From Opitutales bacterium (GTDB lineage: Bacteria; Verrucomicrobiota; Verrucomicrobiia; Opitutales; PNEW01), in the NCBI GenBank assembly GCA_963692525.1, contig OY829953.1:3908720-3972719 (forward strand): a stretch of DNA of 64,000 bases, in the 5' to 3' direction. Below are positions 1 through 10,050 of the stretch, one piece after another. The notes below the pieces were generated by a model that did not search any database, had not been told where the DNA came from, and was given only the letters and a program-made list of their open reading frames with translations. The translations under genes were made by a program, and so were the position numbers. Positions within the stretch are counted from its first letter, which is position 1; the number at the start of each line of letters is the position of its first letter.

Positions 1-1
1 G

Positions 2-1426
2 ATACGCGTTGACTTATTTCAGGAAGCTTTAAACGCATCCGGTGCCGATGCGCTCAACCCCTTTGCTTCGGGCCCGGGTGAAAACAATAATGAGGCGATT
101 TACAACCGCATAACTACAGATGACATCCGCTATGGGAAAAGAGAATTCAATCAATTCAGCGGAGGCATCAGTACCGAACTCTTTGAACTACGAGCAGGTA
201 AAGTATTGGGTTATTTGGGCGGTGAGTACCGTGAGGAGTCGATGGTGAGAAACCAATCTGATCTCGCAGAGAATTTTCTTCTGTTCGGTTCGGGAGGCAC
301 GTCCGCAAAGGGAGACCGAGATATCAACGCCATTTATGGTGAACTGGCGATTCCCTTAACCCCCTGGCTGGAAAGTCATTTTGCTCTGCGTCGCGAAGAA
401 TACAGTGATTTTGGTAAATCAGTTAATCCAAAAATAGGTTTAAACTTTCAACCATCCTCCAAGTTACTAGTACGCGCATCGTATGCGGAAGGGTTTCAAG
501 CACCCTCTTTGGAACAGGCTTTTGGTGGTACCACTCGCGGCTTTATCCAAGAGCGCGATTTGCTGCGCTATAGATTGACCTTTAATCAAGAAACAGGGAT
601 GCCCTTTCCCTTTGATGATTTCAGGTCACGTGATGTCCGAACGACCGGCAACCCAAATCTCGAACCGGAAGAATCACAATATTTTAATATCGGCATCGTA
701 TATAATCCGGCAAAGATAAAGGATTTAACGATTGGTGTTAATTTTTGGCGATTAGAAATTGAGAATGTAATCAGTACCAGGAGGACGCTCGGTCTGCTTC
801 AGCGAGAAGTGAATTTATACAATGAAGACCCTTTAGCTTTTTTAACGATGGATCCCGAGACCCGTGGAGAGACAACCGGAATTTTTAGAAAACCGAATAC
901 ATTTTATGGTGGCTTCACCGTACCGGGGCACATTGATTTTATCCTCACCGAACAGAGGAATTTTGAGGGGGTAGATCTTCAGGGTCTCGACTTTGAATTG
1001 TTTTACCATTATCGGACTCAGACACAGGGCGATTTCTGGTTGCGAAGTTACACTGTTTTCTTTGACCAGTTCGTCAGTGGTGGTTTCGATCTCACTGGAT
1101 TCAGAGGAGTACCGGAGTATCAAACGCGTAATTCCCTGCAATGGATCAGCAGTAATCGTGATTTCTCTGCTTATCTCGCCGCTAATTATTCATCGGGTTA
1201 CCAGACCATATATGTTGGCGTTCCCCAAGTAGGCAGTTTTACCAACATTGATTTAAATCTTACTTATTCCGGTCTGTGGGACATGGACATTACTCTTGGT
1301 TTCCGTAATTTATTTGATCGCGATCCCCCTGCGGACGTAACTCGATCTGAAGGCTATGATGAAAATAACGGCGCTCACAACCCCTATGGTCGGATGGTCT
1401 TTTTATCGTTAAAGAAGAGATTCTGA
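2..1426 (+). CDS. TonB-dependent receptor / outer-membrane beta-barrel, C-terminal part (5' end outside window)
   Basis: The reading frame is open from nt 2, and the ORF-track start at 206 is internal. The sequence has a beta-barrel-like alternating pattern and ends ...LSLKKRF with the C-terminal Phe typical of OM barrels. Confidence 0.7.
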   Translation: MRVDLFQEALNASGADALNPFASGPGENNNEAIYNRITTDDIRYGKREFNQFSGGISTELFELRAGKVLGYLGGEYREESMVRNQSDLAENFLLFGSGGTSAKGDRDINAIYGELAIPLTPWLESHFALRREEYSDFGKSVNPKIGLNFQPSSKLLVRASYAEGFQAPSLEQAFGGTTRGFIQERDLLRYRLTFNQETGMPFPFDDFRSRDVRTTGNPNLEPEESQYFNIGIVYNPAKIKDLTIGVNFWRLEIENVISTRRTLGLLQREVNLYNEDPLAFLTMDPETRGETTGIFRKPNTFYGGFTVPGHIDFILTEQRNFEGVDLQGLDFELFYHYRTQTQGDFWLRSYTVFFDQFVSGGFDLTGFRGVPEYQTRNSLQWISSNRDFSAYLAANYSSGYQTIYVGVPQVGSFTNIDLNLTYSGLWDMDITLGFRNLFDRDPPADVTRSEGYDENNGAHNPYGRMVFLSLKKRF

Positions 1427-1429
1427 ACG

Positions 1430-3385
1430 ATGAAAATATGGGTAGCAGGATTTCTCAGCTTTATCTTGACCATTATGGGGCTCCAACTTTGGGCCGACGA
1501 TATCCCAGTTGAATCATTTTTTAAAAGCACCGGTTTTAGCAAGTTTCGCGTTTCCCCAAATGGAAAGTACTTGTCCGCATTGGCAGACTGGAAAGGCGCG
1601 ACAAACCTCTATGTAATCGATTTGAAATCCCGTACCCCGGTAAGAGTAACCGCTATTAAGGATCAGACGATCAAAGATTATTTTTGGGGAAATGATGATC
1701 GACTGGTATTCACCATGGATTACCACGGAAACGAATCGTGGGGACTATTCGCAGTTGATCGCGATGGGGAAAACCCAAGGGTCCTGGTTCCACCACTGAC
1801 ATCCACCGGCAGCTTTGTATTTCGCTACACCTGGCCTTTAGACCTCCTCAAAAAATCTCACGATGAAATTCTTGTCGTGAACAACGAAAGGAATGTCGAT
1901 TATCCTGATGTCTATCGCCTGAACATCAATGATGGTGGGAAAGTTCTAAGTGTTGCAAATCCCGGTACTTTCACAAAATGGTTTACCGATCAAAACAGCG
2001 ATGTTCGCCTCGCCGAGGCAAAGGACATTGATGGTAATACGAGCTATCACTATCGGGAAAGAGAGGACACGGAATGGGAGACGATCGCCAATTTCTCCTT
2101 TAAGGAAAAAAAATGGTCTCCTGCTGGACCTCAAAACAGGGAACACTTTCAAAATCTAAGACCACCGCAGCAGCCATTTGGTTATGATCGCAACATCCTT
2201 TACATCTCGAGCGATATCGACCGCGAAGTAGCCGCCCTGTATGAGTTTAATTTAAAAACACGTAAACGCGGAGGGATGCTCTTTGAGTGCCAATCGAATG
2301 ATGTTTCTCACTTAATTCTGTCCGATTTTATTCAAAAACCCGTGGGTGTTTATTTTGAAACTGATAAACTGCAGTCTTATTGGTTTCATAAAGAAAAACA
2401 AATGATCCAGGAATTTCTCGATCGCAAATTCCCAGGCCTAATCAGTGTTATCACCAGTGTGAGTGATGATCATTCACGTCTTGTGATTGCCAGTTACAGT
2501 GACCGTCATCCGGTAATTTTTTCGCTCCTCAGTATTATAGAGGGGAGATTGGATTTTGAAATCTTAGCCGACAACAGCATTATTGAACCTACACGCTTGA
2601 GCGAAGTGAAACCCATTGTATTTAAAGCGCGCGATGGGATCACTTTGCACGGTTATTTGACTTTGCCTAACGGTAAAAAACATAAAAATCTTCCCTTCAT
2701 AGTGCATCCCCATGGAGGGCCCTGGGTAAGAGATTCATGGGGCTATAATCCGGAATTACAATTTCTCGCCAGCCGGGGATTTGTTGTGTTACAAATAAAT
2801 TTTCGTTCCTCACAGGGCTATGGACGTGAATTCCTTCACGCGGGGGACAAACTTTGGGGAACAACGATGCAAACAGACTTAGTTGACGGAATCAATTGGG
2901 TTGTGGAACAGGGTATCGTTGATCGAAACCGTATTGGCATCTACGGCTCTAGTTATGGCGGCTATGCTACCATGGCTCAATTGGTTTTCTACCCGGAACT
3001 GTATCAATTTGGTATTACCGCTTTTGGCCCGATAGATTTAGTCAGCCTCATTAATTGGCGAAAAAAATGGAGGCAGAAGATTGCTTATGCTTTCTATACG
3101 AAAACAATTGGAGACCCTAAAGCAGATAAAGAGATGCTCAAAGCCTACTCACCTGTCAATTACCTGGAACGTATTCAGGCCCCTGTATTCATTGTTCATG
3201 GAACACGAGATGCCAGGGTACCCATCGATCAAGCAAAGAGGTTGCGCGCAGGATTAATCAAAGAAAACAAGGATTACGAGTGGCTCGTTAAGAAGGATGA
3301 AGGTCATGGGTTCAAAAAGACGAAAAATAAAATTGAACTTTATACGCGAATCGATGAGTTCCTCCAACCCTATCGCGACCAGTGA
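1430..3385 (+). CDS. S9 family serine peptidase (prolyl oligopeptidase / dipeptidyl aminopeptidase-like)
   Basis: 651 aa with an N-terminal hydrophobic signal and a propeller-like N half. The C-terminal hydrolase domain has the GSSYGGY nucleophile elbow, HGTRDARV and DEGHGF triad motifs. Confidence 0.85.
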   Translation: MKIWVAGFLSFILTIMGLQLWADDIPVESFFKSTGFSKFRVSPNGKYLSALADWKGATNLYVIDLKSRTPVRVTAIKDQTIKDYFWGNDDRLVFTMDYHGNESWGLFAVDRDGENPRVLVPPLTSTGSFVFRYTWPLDLLKKSHDEILVVNNERNVDYPDVYRLNINDGGKVLSVANPGTFTKWFTDQNSDVRLAEAKDIDGNTSYHYREREDTEWETIANFSFKEKKWSPAGPQNREHFQNLRPPQQPFGYDRNILYISSDIDREVAALYEFNLKTRKRGGMLFECQSNDVSHLILSDFIQKPVGVYFETDKLQSYWFHKEKQMIQEFLDRKFPGLISVITSVSDDHSRLVIASYSDRHPVIFSLLSIIEGRLDFEILADNSIIEPTRLSEVKPIVFKARDGITLHGYLTLPNGKKHKNLPFIVHPHGGPWVRDSWGYNPELQFLASRGFVVLQINFRSSQGYGREFLHAGDKLWGTTMQTDLVDGINWVVEQGIVDRNRIGIYGSSYGGYATMAQLVFYPELYQFGITAFGPIDLVSLINWRKKWRQKIAYAFYTKTIGDPKADKEMLKAYSPVNYLERIQAPVFIVHGTRDARVPIDQAKRLRAGLIKENKDYEWLVKKDEGHGFKKTKNKIELYTRIDEFLQPYRDQ

Positions 3386-3403
3386 TATGGGGTATCAAAA
3401 TAG

Positions 3404-3478
3404 CTTCGTCTTCGTCCTCTTTTTCCACAGCTTGCTATAACACGGACGAAGAGACTGACGTGGACGTAGACGAAGATT
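3404..3478. mobile_element. Shortest family-A element (75 bp, termini only)
   Basis: CTTCGTCTTCGTCC at the left end and GGACGTAGACGAAGATT at the right end are inverted copies. The right 37 nt match the right ends of the 14449-14802 and 26405-26820 elements. It sits 19 nt after the stop of the upstream gene. Confidence 0.55.
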
Positions 3479-3551
3479 AAAAATATAAACTTATTTGGAT
3501 CTTAATTCTTTATTTTATAAATTCGCGCTCTACTATTCGGTTTCAATTCGC

Positions 3552-4331
3552 ATGGAATTATCCTGTTGTATATGGGCCCTCAGCGGGCCGGAAGAAAAAG
3601 TATTAACTCAGATCGCCAACGCGGGTTTCAGTTGTATTGATCTTCAACCCTTTGTCTTTAATCCTGAAGACATTCAAACGCGTATTCATCACCTCAATCT
3701 TCAGGTTTCTTGTCTCGCCGCATCTTTTGGCATCCAAGAAGGCGTAGCACTCGATAGTGAGGACCCGTCTTCAACTGCCCAGGCGTTAGCCTATACCGGA
3801 AAGGCCCTTGAATATGGTAAAAATCTCGGTGCTAAAGTCGCCTACCTCGTACCGGGCGCAGATGGGAGTCCTGAGGCCCACTCCCGCTATGCGCGTTCAT
3901 ATTCCACCCTTGCCGATCAGGCTTCCACACTCGGATTAAAACTCTGCATCGAACACTTTCCCGGCAGTGCATTCCCAACCGCCTCTGCAACACTCAACTT
4001 TATACGGGGCATCGATCATCCCAATCTCTATCTTCTTCTCGATATTGGGCACACACAAATATCTAACGAAGACCCGGCCGAAGTCATCGCCTCCGCCGGA
4101 CCCAAACTTGGATATGTCCATTTGGACGACAACGACGGCCAAGGCGATTTACACTGGGCCCTGACGGACGGAGTCCAGACTGAAAATTCTCTTCGCCAGA
4201 CCTTTGAGGCGCTTGAAAAGATTCAATATAGTGGACCCGTCAGCCTGGAATTGAGCGCGAAACTGACCAATCCTCTCGATGCGTTAATACGCAGCAGAGA
4301 ATTGGTCCTAAACTTTGCATCGTTTAGTTAG
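3552..4331 (+). CDS. Sugar phosphate isomerase/epimerase (xylose isomerase-like TIM barrel)
   Basis: Family-typical motifs CIEHFPGS, LLLDIGH and YVHLDDNDG are present. The ORF track starts at TTG 3495; I prefer ATG 3552 (MELSCC...). Confidence 0.75.
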   Translation: MELSCCIWALSGPEEKVLTQIANAGFSCIDLQPFVFNPEDIQTRIHHLNLQVSCLAASFGIQEGVALDSEDPSSTAQALAYTGKALEYGKNLGAKVAYLVPGADGSPEAHSRYARSYSTLADQASTLGLKLCIEHFPGSAFPTASATLNFIRGIDHPNLYLLLDIGHTQISNEDPAEVIASAGPKLGYVHLDDNDGQGDLHWALTDGVQTENSLRQTFEALEKIQYSGPVSLELSAKLTNPLDALIRSRELVLNFASFS

Positions 4332-4386
4332 TCTTCCCTCCGGGTAGAGTTAATTACCATTTTTCACGCTTAAGCTTACCAGTAAT

Positions 4387-4734
4387 TCAGGCAGCAGCTG
4401 CAACCTTGGATGAATTCCTATTTGAATCTGTGGGGAATTTACCGCGCGACTTGAGATCAATAAACTCAACATTATGGGTTACGAGAACTATGCGACTGCG
4501 ATTTTCTCCCTCCTTATTTTGCCAGGTCTCCTGTTTAAGATAGCCGCTCAGCAATACCTTTGATCCCTTCTTTAAATAACTCTGCAAATGATCCTGATTC
4601 CAGACTTCAATCGGTAGAAACAGCGTTCGTTCTCCCTGATTACAGGCTAGAGTAAATTTGCAGAGGGTATTTTCTCTGAGGGGTACTACTTCAATATCAG
4701 CAGTGAGATTTCCTGTGATGTGCACAATGTTCAT
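4387..4734 (-). CDS. ssb: Single-stranded DNA-binding protein-like OB-fold protein, short, no acidic C-terminal tip
   Basis: VHITGNLTADIEV ... YLKKGSKVLLSGYLKQETWQNKEGENRSRIVLVTHNVEFI aligns by eye with the bacterial SSB OB fold. The tail ends ...NSSKVAAAA rather than the D-D-D-I-P-F type. Confidence 0.65.
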   Translation of the reverse strand: MNIVHITGNLTADIEVVPLRENTLCKFTLACNQGERTLFLPIEVWNQDHLQSYLKKGSKVLLSGYLKQETWQNKEGENRSRIVLVTHNVEFIDLKSRGKFPTDSNRNSSKVAAAA

Positions 4735-4916
4735 GTTTAATCCTTTCTTTTTTTAATGACTACACTAGTAAACATATGTTCACTAAATTATTTTTCAAGA
4801 TAATTATTAAATTTGTTGAGAAAAAAAAGATTGAGGCAAAATGATAGAAACTTACCAAATGAATGCAGTTATTACGGTTTCCTTAACCGCCAAGCTTTAT
4901 AAATAAGGCAATATTA

Positions 4917-5978
4917 ATGAAAAAAAATAATCCCTTCTCTGGACTGGATATCACCGCGGTCTATGGACTCCTATTCCCCGCATTATTCCTTCTCTTCATC
5001 GGGCACGGCTTCGCGGGTGAAAAACCGGAAGGTGACCCGTCAATCCTGTCACCCGGAGCTGAATTAGAGTTATTGTTTAGCGACACCTTTTTTGCTGAGG
5101 GTCCCGCCGTTGCACGCGATGGATCCGTTTACTTCAGCGATATTACCTTTACCTTCAGATCTAACATGCAGGCAGGGCGTATCTGGAATTATAATCCGGA
5201 AACCGGAATCACAAAGATATTCCGCTCCCCTAGTGGCATGTCCAATGGAATCAAGTTTGATGCGCGGGGAAGGATGATCGTCGCGGAGGGCGCAGATTAT
5301 GGCGGTCGCCGTGTTACGCGCACCGACCTGACGACCGGGAAGACTGAAATCATTGCAGGCTTATATCAGGGTCGACCTTTTAATTCGCCTAATGATATCG
5401 CGATCGACGAAAAGGAACGTATTTATTTTAGCGACCCACGGTATCTCGGGCATGAACCGATTGAACAACCCATCATGGGAGTCTATCGCGTCGATCCAGA
5501 TGGAACGATAGAATTAATCGTAACGGATGCGGGCAGACCGAATGGCATCGCAATTTCACCCGATCAGAAATCACTCTATGTAGTGAGCAATGATGATGGT
5601 TCACTCGGCTTTGATCGCCTGCCTGAAGACACCGTTTATCATAAAGGACGCATGGCTCTCTTGGCTTACGATCTTTCCGAAGCTGGCACGGCTTCCTTCA
5701 GAGAAGTCCTTGTCGATTACTCTCCACAAGATGGACCCGATGGTCTAACGGTCGACGTTGAAGGTAATCTCTACGTCGCGGTACGTGATTTAACAAGGTA
5801 TGGAATTTATGTCTACACGCCCACAGGAAAGGAATTAGCATACATTCCCACTCCACAGGTACCAACAAATGTTGGATTTGGCAGGGGGCAGGAAAGCAAC
5901 ACGCTTTATATTACCGCTGAATCAGATCTCTTACGAATAAAGGTAAATAAGAAAGGTTACCAACTTCCTCCTCGGTAG
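4917..5978 (+). CDS. SMP-30/gluconolactonase/LRE-like lactonase, secreted
   Basis: It has a signal peptide and repeated propeller motifs (AEGPAV, SNGIKFD, PNDIAID, PNGIAISPD, PDGLTVD). Confidence 0.8.
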   Translation: MKKNNPFSGLDITAVYGLLFPALFLLFIGHGFAGEKPEGDPSILSPGAELELLFSDTFFAEGPAVARDGSVYFSDITFTFRSNMQAGRIWNYNPETGITKIFRSPSGMSNGIKFDARGRMIVAEGADYGGRRVTRTDLTTGKTEIIAGLYQGRPFNSPNDIAIDEKERIYFSDPRYLGHEPIEQPIMGVYRVDPDGTIELIVTDAGRPNGIAISPDQKSLYVVSNDDGSLGFDRLPEDTVYHKGRMALLAYDLSEAGTASFREVLVDYSPQDGPDGLTVDVEGNLYVAVRDLTRYGIYVYTPTGKELAYIPTPQVPTNVGFGRGQESNTLYITAESDLLRIKVNKKGYQLPPR

Positions 5979-6062
5979 AGAATAATTATAATGGCCGATG
6001 CAGATCCTATTCCTCGCGCAGCGAGTTGAAGAATCAATTATGAATAATAGAGGAATGCTGCT

Positions 6063-7769
6063 ATGACTCTTGTTGATTGGTTGCTCGTGCTCGTAATCAA
6101 TGGGGGCATCGTTCTCTATGGAATCGTTGTATTCAGGGGTAAAGGTGAAAGTTTTGACTGGTACCTCGCCGCAAAATCAATGCCCTGGTGGGTCATTGGT
6201 TTATCAGCCTTTGGGACGGCGGTCGACAGCGGCGATTATGTTTCTATTGTCGGCGGATCCTATGAATTAGGATTATCCCAATTATCCTCCTGGTGGTTGG
6301 GAATAGCGGTGGGATGGATCGTCCTGAGTTTTTTCGTTATCGTTCCGATGTACCGATCCGGTGTTTTCACCAATGCTGAATGGCTTGAATTTCGTTTTGG
6401 ACCTGGTGCCCGTGTCATTGCTGTTCTCATCAACATACAATCCCGCACCAATGTTCTGGGTAATATATTTTTCTCGCTCTATCTCGTCCTGAAGATCGTC
6501 GCTAATATCGGTTCGGGTTGGAGCTGGATGATTGTCGTGGGTGTTGCGATAACATCCGCAGTCTACATTGTCCGTGGCGGCTTGAAAGCGGGAGTTTTTA
6601 CCGATGCTCTACAGAGCACTATTATGATTGTAGCCGCTTTTGTTTTATGGGGAGTGGTCTGGGTAAAAGGAGGGGGATGGACAGGTCTCAATGAAAGACT
6701 GGTTGCCATCGATCCCGAATTAGCGGATACCCTCCTTCATGTTGGCGGTTACTCTCCGGATGGTGTCCCTGCGATCGTTGTCATCTTCGGATTTATCGTT
6801 GTCTTAACAACCTACGCGGTGATCAACCAGTACGAAGCCATCCGTTTTCTTGGAGCGAAATCGGAATGGGATTTCAAGATGGCCGCACTGGTAGCGAGCG
6901 TCGCGACCGCGATATGCCTTTGGTTTAATGTAAGCCTCGGGCCGCTGGCACACGCCGACTTTCCAAATCTTGAAACCGTAGACGCGGCCTACCCTTTAAT
7001 GATGGTAAAATACCTGCCGCCCGGCCTTATTGGTCTGGTCGTGGCCGGACTCATAGCTGCAGCCTACTCTACTTTTGATTCCGTCGCGATCGGCATATCC
7101 AGCCTTTTTGTGCGGGATATATACGCCCGATTTATCGTAAGAAATGCCGATGACGCCCACTATACACTAGTCGGTCGAATTTCTGTTCCCTTCATTATCG
7201 CGCTCGGATTTATCTATGTTCCTTTTATCCAGGATGGCATGCTGCTTTTTTTCCTGAGGTTGGCTGGTGCCATCGCGGTACCACTTATGACCATTATTCT
7301 GATGGGCGTTTTTACCCGCGTCCACCGTCGCACTGGCATTTTCGGTCTCCTTGTCGGCCTGACTTACGGAATCCTGGCCATTATTGCCGATGCCAATCAA
7401 TGGGGATGGCCGATATGGATCACCCATACCTGGTGGACCTATTTGTGGAATATATTATTGCCCGCTACGACCATGCTTATCATTTCGCGAGTGATCAGTA
7501 TTTTTCATGGACCGATGAAAGAGGAGGAATATAAAGGCCTCGTTTACGAGAGACATACCGTTACCGCGGAATTAAGGGAGCTCATGGGACATCGCTTAAA
7601 AGTATTGGAAGGCACCTGGCTGCAGAAAACGCTGATCGAAGCGCCGATCAATCCTGAGTATCCTTTTAAAATACCGCCCGGAGGATTGCCCTGGTATCGA
7701 CGACCCGGGTTATTAGCGATAATTTACCTCATCATTGTCTGTTATTTGCTTTTTATTTTGCTATGGTAA
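6063..7769 (+). CDS. Sodium:solute symporter (SSS) family transporter
   Basis: 568 aa with about 13-14 hydrophobic helices and the GGLKAGVFTDALQ SSS signature region. Confidence 0.8.
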   Translation: MTLVDWLLVLVINGGIVLYGIVVFRGKGESFDWYLAAKSMPWWVIGLSAFGTAVDSGDYVSIVGGSYELGLSQLSSWWLGIAVGWIVLSFFVIVPMYRSGVFTNAEWLEFRFGPGARVIAVLINIQSRTNVLGNIFFSLYLVLKIVANIGSGWSWMIVVGVAITSAVYIVRGGLKAGVFTDALQSTIMIVAAFVLWGVVWVKGGGWTGLNERLVAIDPELADTLLHVGGYSPDGVPAIVVIFGFIVVLTTYAVINQYEAIRFLGAKSEWDFKMAALVASVATAICLWFNVSLGPLAHADFPNLETVDAAYPLMMVKYLPPGLIGLVVAGLIAAAYSTFDSVAIGISSLFVRDIYARFIVRNADDAHYTLVGRISVPFIIALGFIYVPFIQDGMLLFFLRLAGAIAVPLMTIILMGVFTRVHRRTGIFGLLVGLTYGILAIIADANQWGWPIWITHTWWTYLWNILLPATTMLIISRVISIFHGPMKEEEYKGLVYERHTVTAELRELMGHRLKVLEGTWLQKTLIEAPINPEYPFKIPPGGLPWYRRPGLLAIIYLIIVCYLLFILLW

Positions 7770-7821
7770 TATTTTGCGGCCCGGCACGTTTACTTACAGG
7801 TTGTAGTCCCCAATCATCATT

Positions 7822-8010
7822 ATGGAAAACGAAAAAAGAACCATCCAGCTGGAACTGATATACTCTGCGGTAATCCTGTTTTTGGTTGCCATTTTATTAT
7901 TGGCTTCAAACCTCTACAGCACTGATTTGTGGCTCGTAAAAACATTGATGGCTCTCGCGCTTTTTATCGTCAGTGCCATTCTGGGGAAAAAGTATTGGTC
8001 CAATCACTAG
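7822..8010 (+). CDS. Small two-helix membrane protein (hypothetical)
   Basis: 62 aa with two hydrophobic stretches, lying directly after the SSS gene. No family was recognised. Confidence 0.35.
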   Translation: MENEKRTIQLELIYSAVILFLVAILLLASNLYSTDLWLVKTLMALALFIVSAILGKKYWSNH

Positions 8011-8070
8011 AATGAATCTTCACAGTTTCAAGCACCCTATCGCGTATTCAACCACGCTTCGTGTAATGCC

Positions 8071-9972
8071 ATGAGTGAGCGTTCTTCAGCTGACATCTAC
8101 GAGGTGGTCATAGAGAAAGATGTGAGGGTTCCGATGCGCGATGGCGTGGAAATGGCAACAGATATTTTTCTTCCGGCTATAGAGGGAAAGGTACTATCTG
8201 AGAAAATGCCGACCCTGCTCTTCCGCACCCCCTATAACATAAGTGACAGTGAAAGCTCGAACGGTGAAGGATCATGGTATGCCCGCCGAGGATATGCCGT
8301 GGTACTTCAGGATTGCCGGGGTTGCTTCCGGTCCGGCGGTAAAGTCAACTTTCTCTTGCCGGAAGCTGAAGATGGCTACGATACCTTGTGCTGGATTGCA
8401 CAACAACCCTGGTCAAACGGAAAGGTGGGCAGCTGGGGAACTTCCTGGTGTGGCTGGACGCAGACCGCGATGGCCGCGATGGGCCCCAATCAACTGGTCA
8501 CGATGATTCCCAATATGAGCGGGTCAAACGCGCACAGCAGCAGTGTGCGCCAAGGCGGGGCGCTGGAACTGCGTTTTTTGGCCTGGGCGTTCTGGCATTC
8601 AGCGGGAAACACTCAGTCCGAATTAAAGGCCGACCCCAGTATCGATCCCGCCCTCAATTTTGGCGCTAATACCTTTGGTGACTGGCTCCAGCGCATGCCT
8701 ATTCGCAAAGGACAAACGCAATTGCGCCTCGTGCCACCGTACGAGGAATGGGCAATGGAACTGCTCACCCATAGCGATTACGACGACTACTGGCGACACC
8801 CAAGCTTTGCGCCATCGGAACATTGGGATAATTTCCCCGACATGCCGATGCTCCTCGTCGGCGGGTGGTATGATTCCTATACGCGGGCGACTTTCGAAAA
8901 CTACGTCGGTTTGTCTTCGCGTAAGAAAGGTCCGGTCAAGGTTCTCGTCGGTCCCTGGACTCATGGTTCGGCGACCGTCGAACAATCTTATTCAGGCGAT
9001 GTGGAATTCGGTCCCGATGCAGCACTTGCCAGCTTTCGCGATTTACATCTTTCCTGGTTTGATGCCGCATTAAAAGGACTGGGTTCGGGTATCGAAGACC
9101 ACCCGGCGGTGCGCATTTTCGTTATGGGCGGCGGTGACGGCTGTCGCACGAGAAACGGACACCTTTTTCATGGGGGATCCTGGCGGGATGAAAACGAATG
9201 GCCTTTGGCACGCACACAATTCACCTCTTATTACCTGCATGAAGATCAAGTGCTGCGGCTTCAGCCACCTGAGCAATCAAAAGCGGACATCACTTATCGC
9301 TTCGATCCTTCAAACCCTGTCCCTTCGATCGGTGGCTCAGTCTCGTCACTTCAGGGTGTTGGACCCATGCCCCCCGGCCTTACCGATCCCGGCCTCCTCA
9401 ATTTTGCGGCGCGATCGGAATCGATCATGAATGCGGGGGGATACGATCAAATAGAAACACCAGATTTTTATGGCTGCAAACCACCTTACCTCCCATTGGG
9501 TTCCCGAAATGATGTGATTGTCTTTCAAACTGAAGCTCTCGAGCACCATGTAGAAGTAACCGGCCCGATTAGCGTAACCCTTTGGGTATCCTCGTCCGCT
9601 CGCGATACCGACTTTACAGCCAAACTCATTGACCTTTACCCACCCAGCGCAGCCTACCCTTTCGGTTACGCCTTGAACCTCAGCGATAGCATCATGCGCT
9701 TGCGTTACCGGAACAGTCCAGAGACAAGCCAGTTTCTCCCACCGGGGGAAATTGGCCAATTGACGATCACCCTCTATCCCACGAGTAACCTCTTTGCCAC
9801 CGGTCACCGCATTCGGCTCGATATTTCCAGTTCCAACTTTCCAAGATTCGATGTCAACCCCAACACCGGTGAAAAGATTGGACTCAACCGCCGTCAAGTC
9901 AGCGCCGACAATTCAATCCACCTCGATTCCGAACACCCCTCCCACATTTTATTGCCTATCATCCCCTCATGA
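8071..9972 (+). CDS. CocE/NonD family hydrolase (X-Pro dipeptidyl-peptidase S15-like)
   Basis: 633 aa. The alpha/beta hydrolase N half has VVLQDCRG and GTSWCG, and the C-terminal jelly-roll has SSSNFPRFDVNPNTG. Confidence 0.8.
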   Translation: MSERSSADIYEVVIEKDVRVPMRDGVEMATDIFLPAIEGKVLSEKMPTLLFRTPYNISDSESSNGEGSWYARRGYAVVLQDCRGCFRSGGKVNFLLPEAEDGYDTLCWIAQQPWSNGKVGSWGTSWCGWTQTAMAAMGPNQLVTMIPNMSGSNAHSSSVRQGGALELRFLAWAFWHSAGNTQSELKADPSIDPALNFGANTFGDWLQRMPIRKGQTQLRLVPPYEEWAMELLTHSDYDDYWRHPSFAPSEHWDNFPDMPMLLVGGWYDSYTRATFENYVGLSSRKKGPVKVLVGPWTHGSATVEQSYSGDVEFGPDAALASFRDLHLSWFDAALKGLGSGIEDHPAVRIFVMGGGDGCRTRNGHLFHGGSWRDENEWPLARTQFTSYYLHEDQVLRLQPPEQSKADITYRFDPSNPVPSIGGSVSSLQGVGPMPPGLTDPGLLNFAARSESIMNAGGYDQIETPDFYGCKPPYLPLGSRNDVIVFQTEALEHHVEVTGPISVTLWVSSSARDTDFTAKLIDLYPPSAAYPFGYALNLSDSIMRLRYRNSPETSQFLPPGEIGQLTITLYPTSNLFATGHRIRLDISSSNFPRFDVNPNTGEKIGLNRRQVSADNSIHLDSEHPSHILLPIIPS

Positions 9973-10050
9973 TGTGCTGAAAAACCTCATGCGCTGAGAG
10001 CAATGTAATTTTATCGGTATGTAATTAATCTGAGTTATTAAGAAACTAAT

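Noticed and set aside
8243-9897. Several 87-183-aa ORFs in other frames or on the other strand within 8071..9972 (for example 9346..9897 minus, 8660..9073 plus)
   Set aside because: These are shadow ORFs inside the GC-rich CocE/NonD gene, which has strong family motifs. The alternative translations are Arg/Pro/Ser-rich and featureless.
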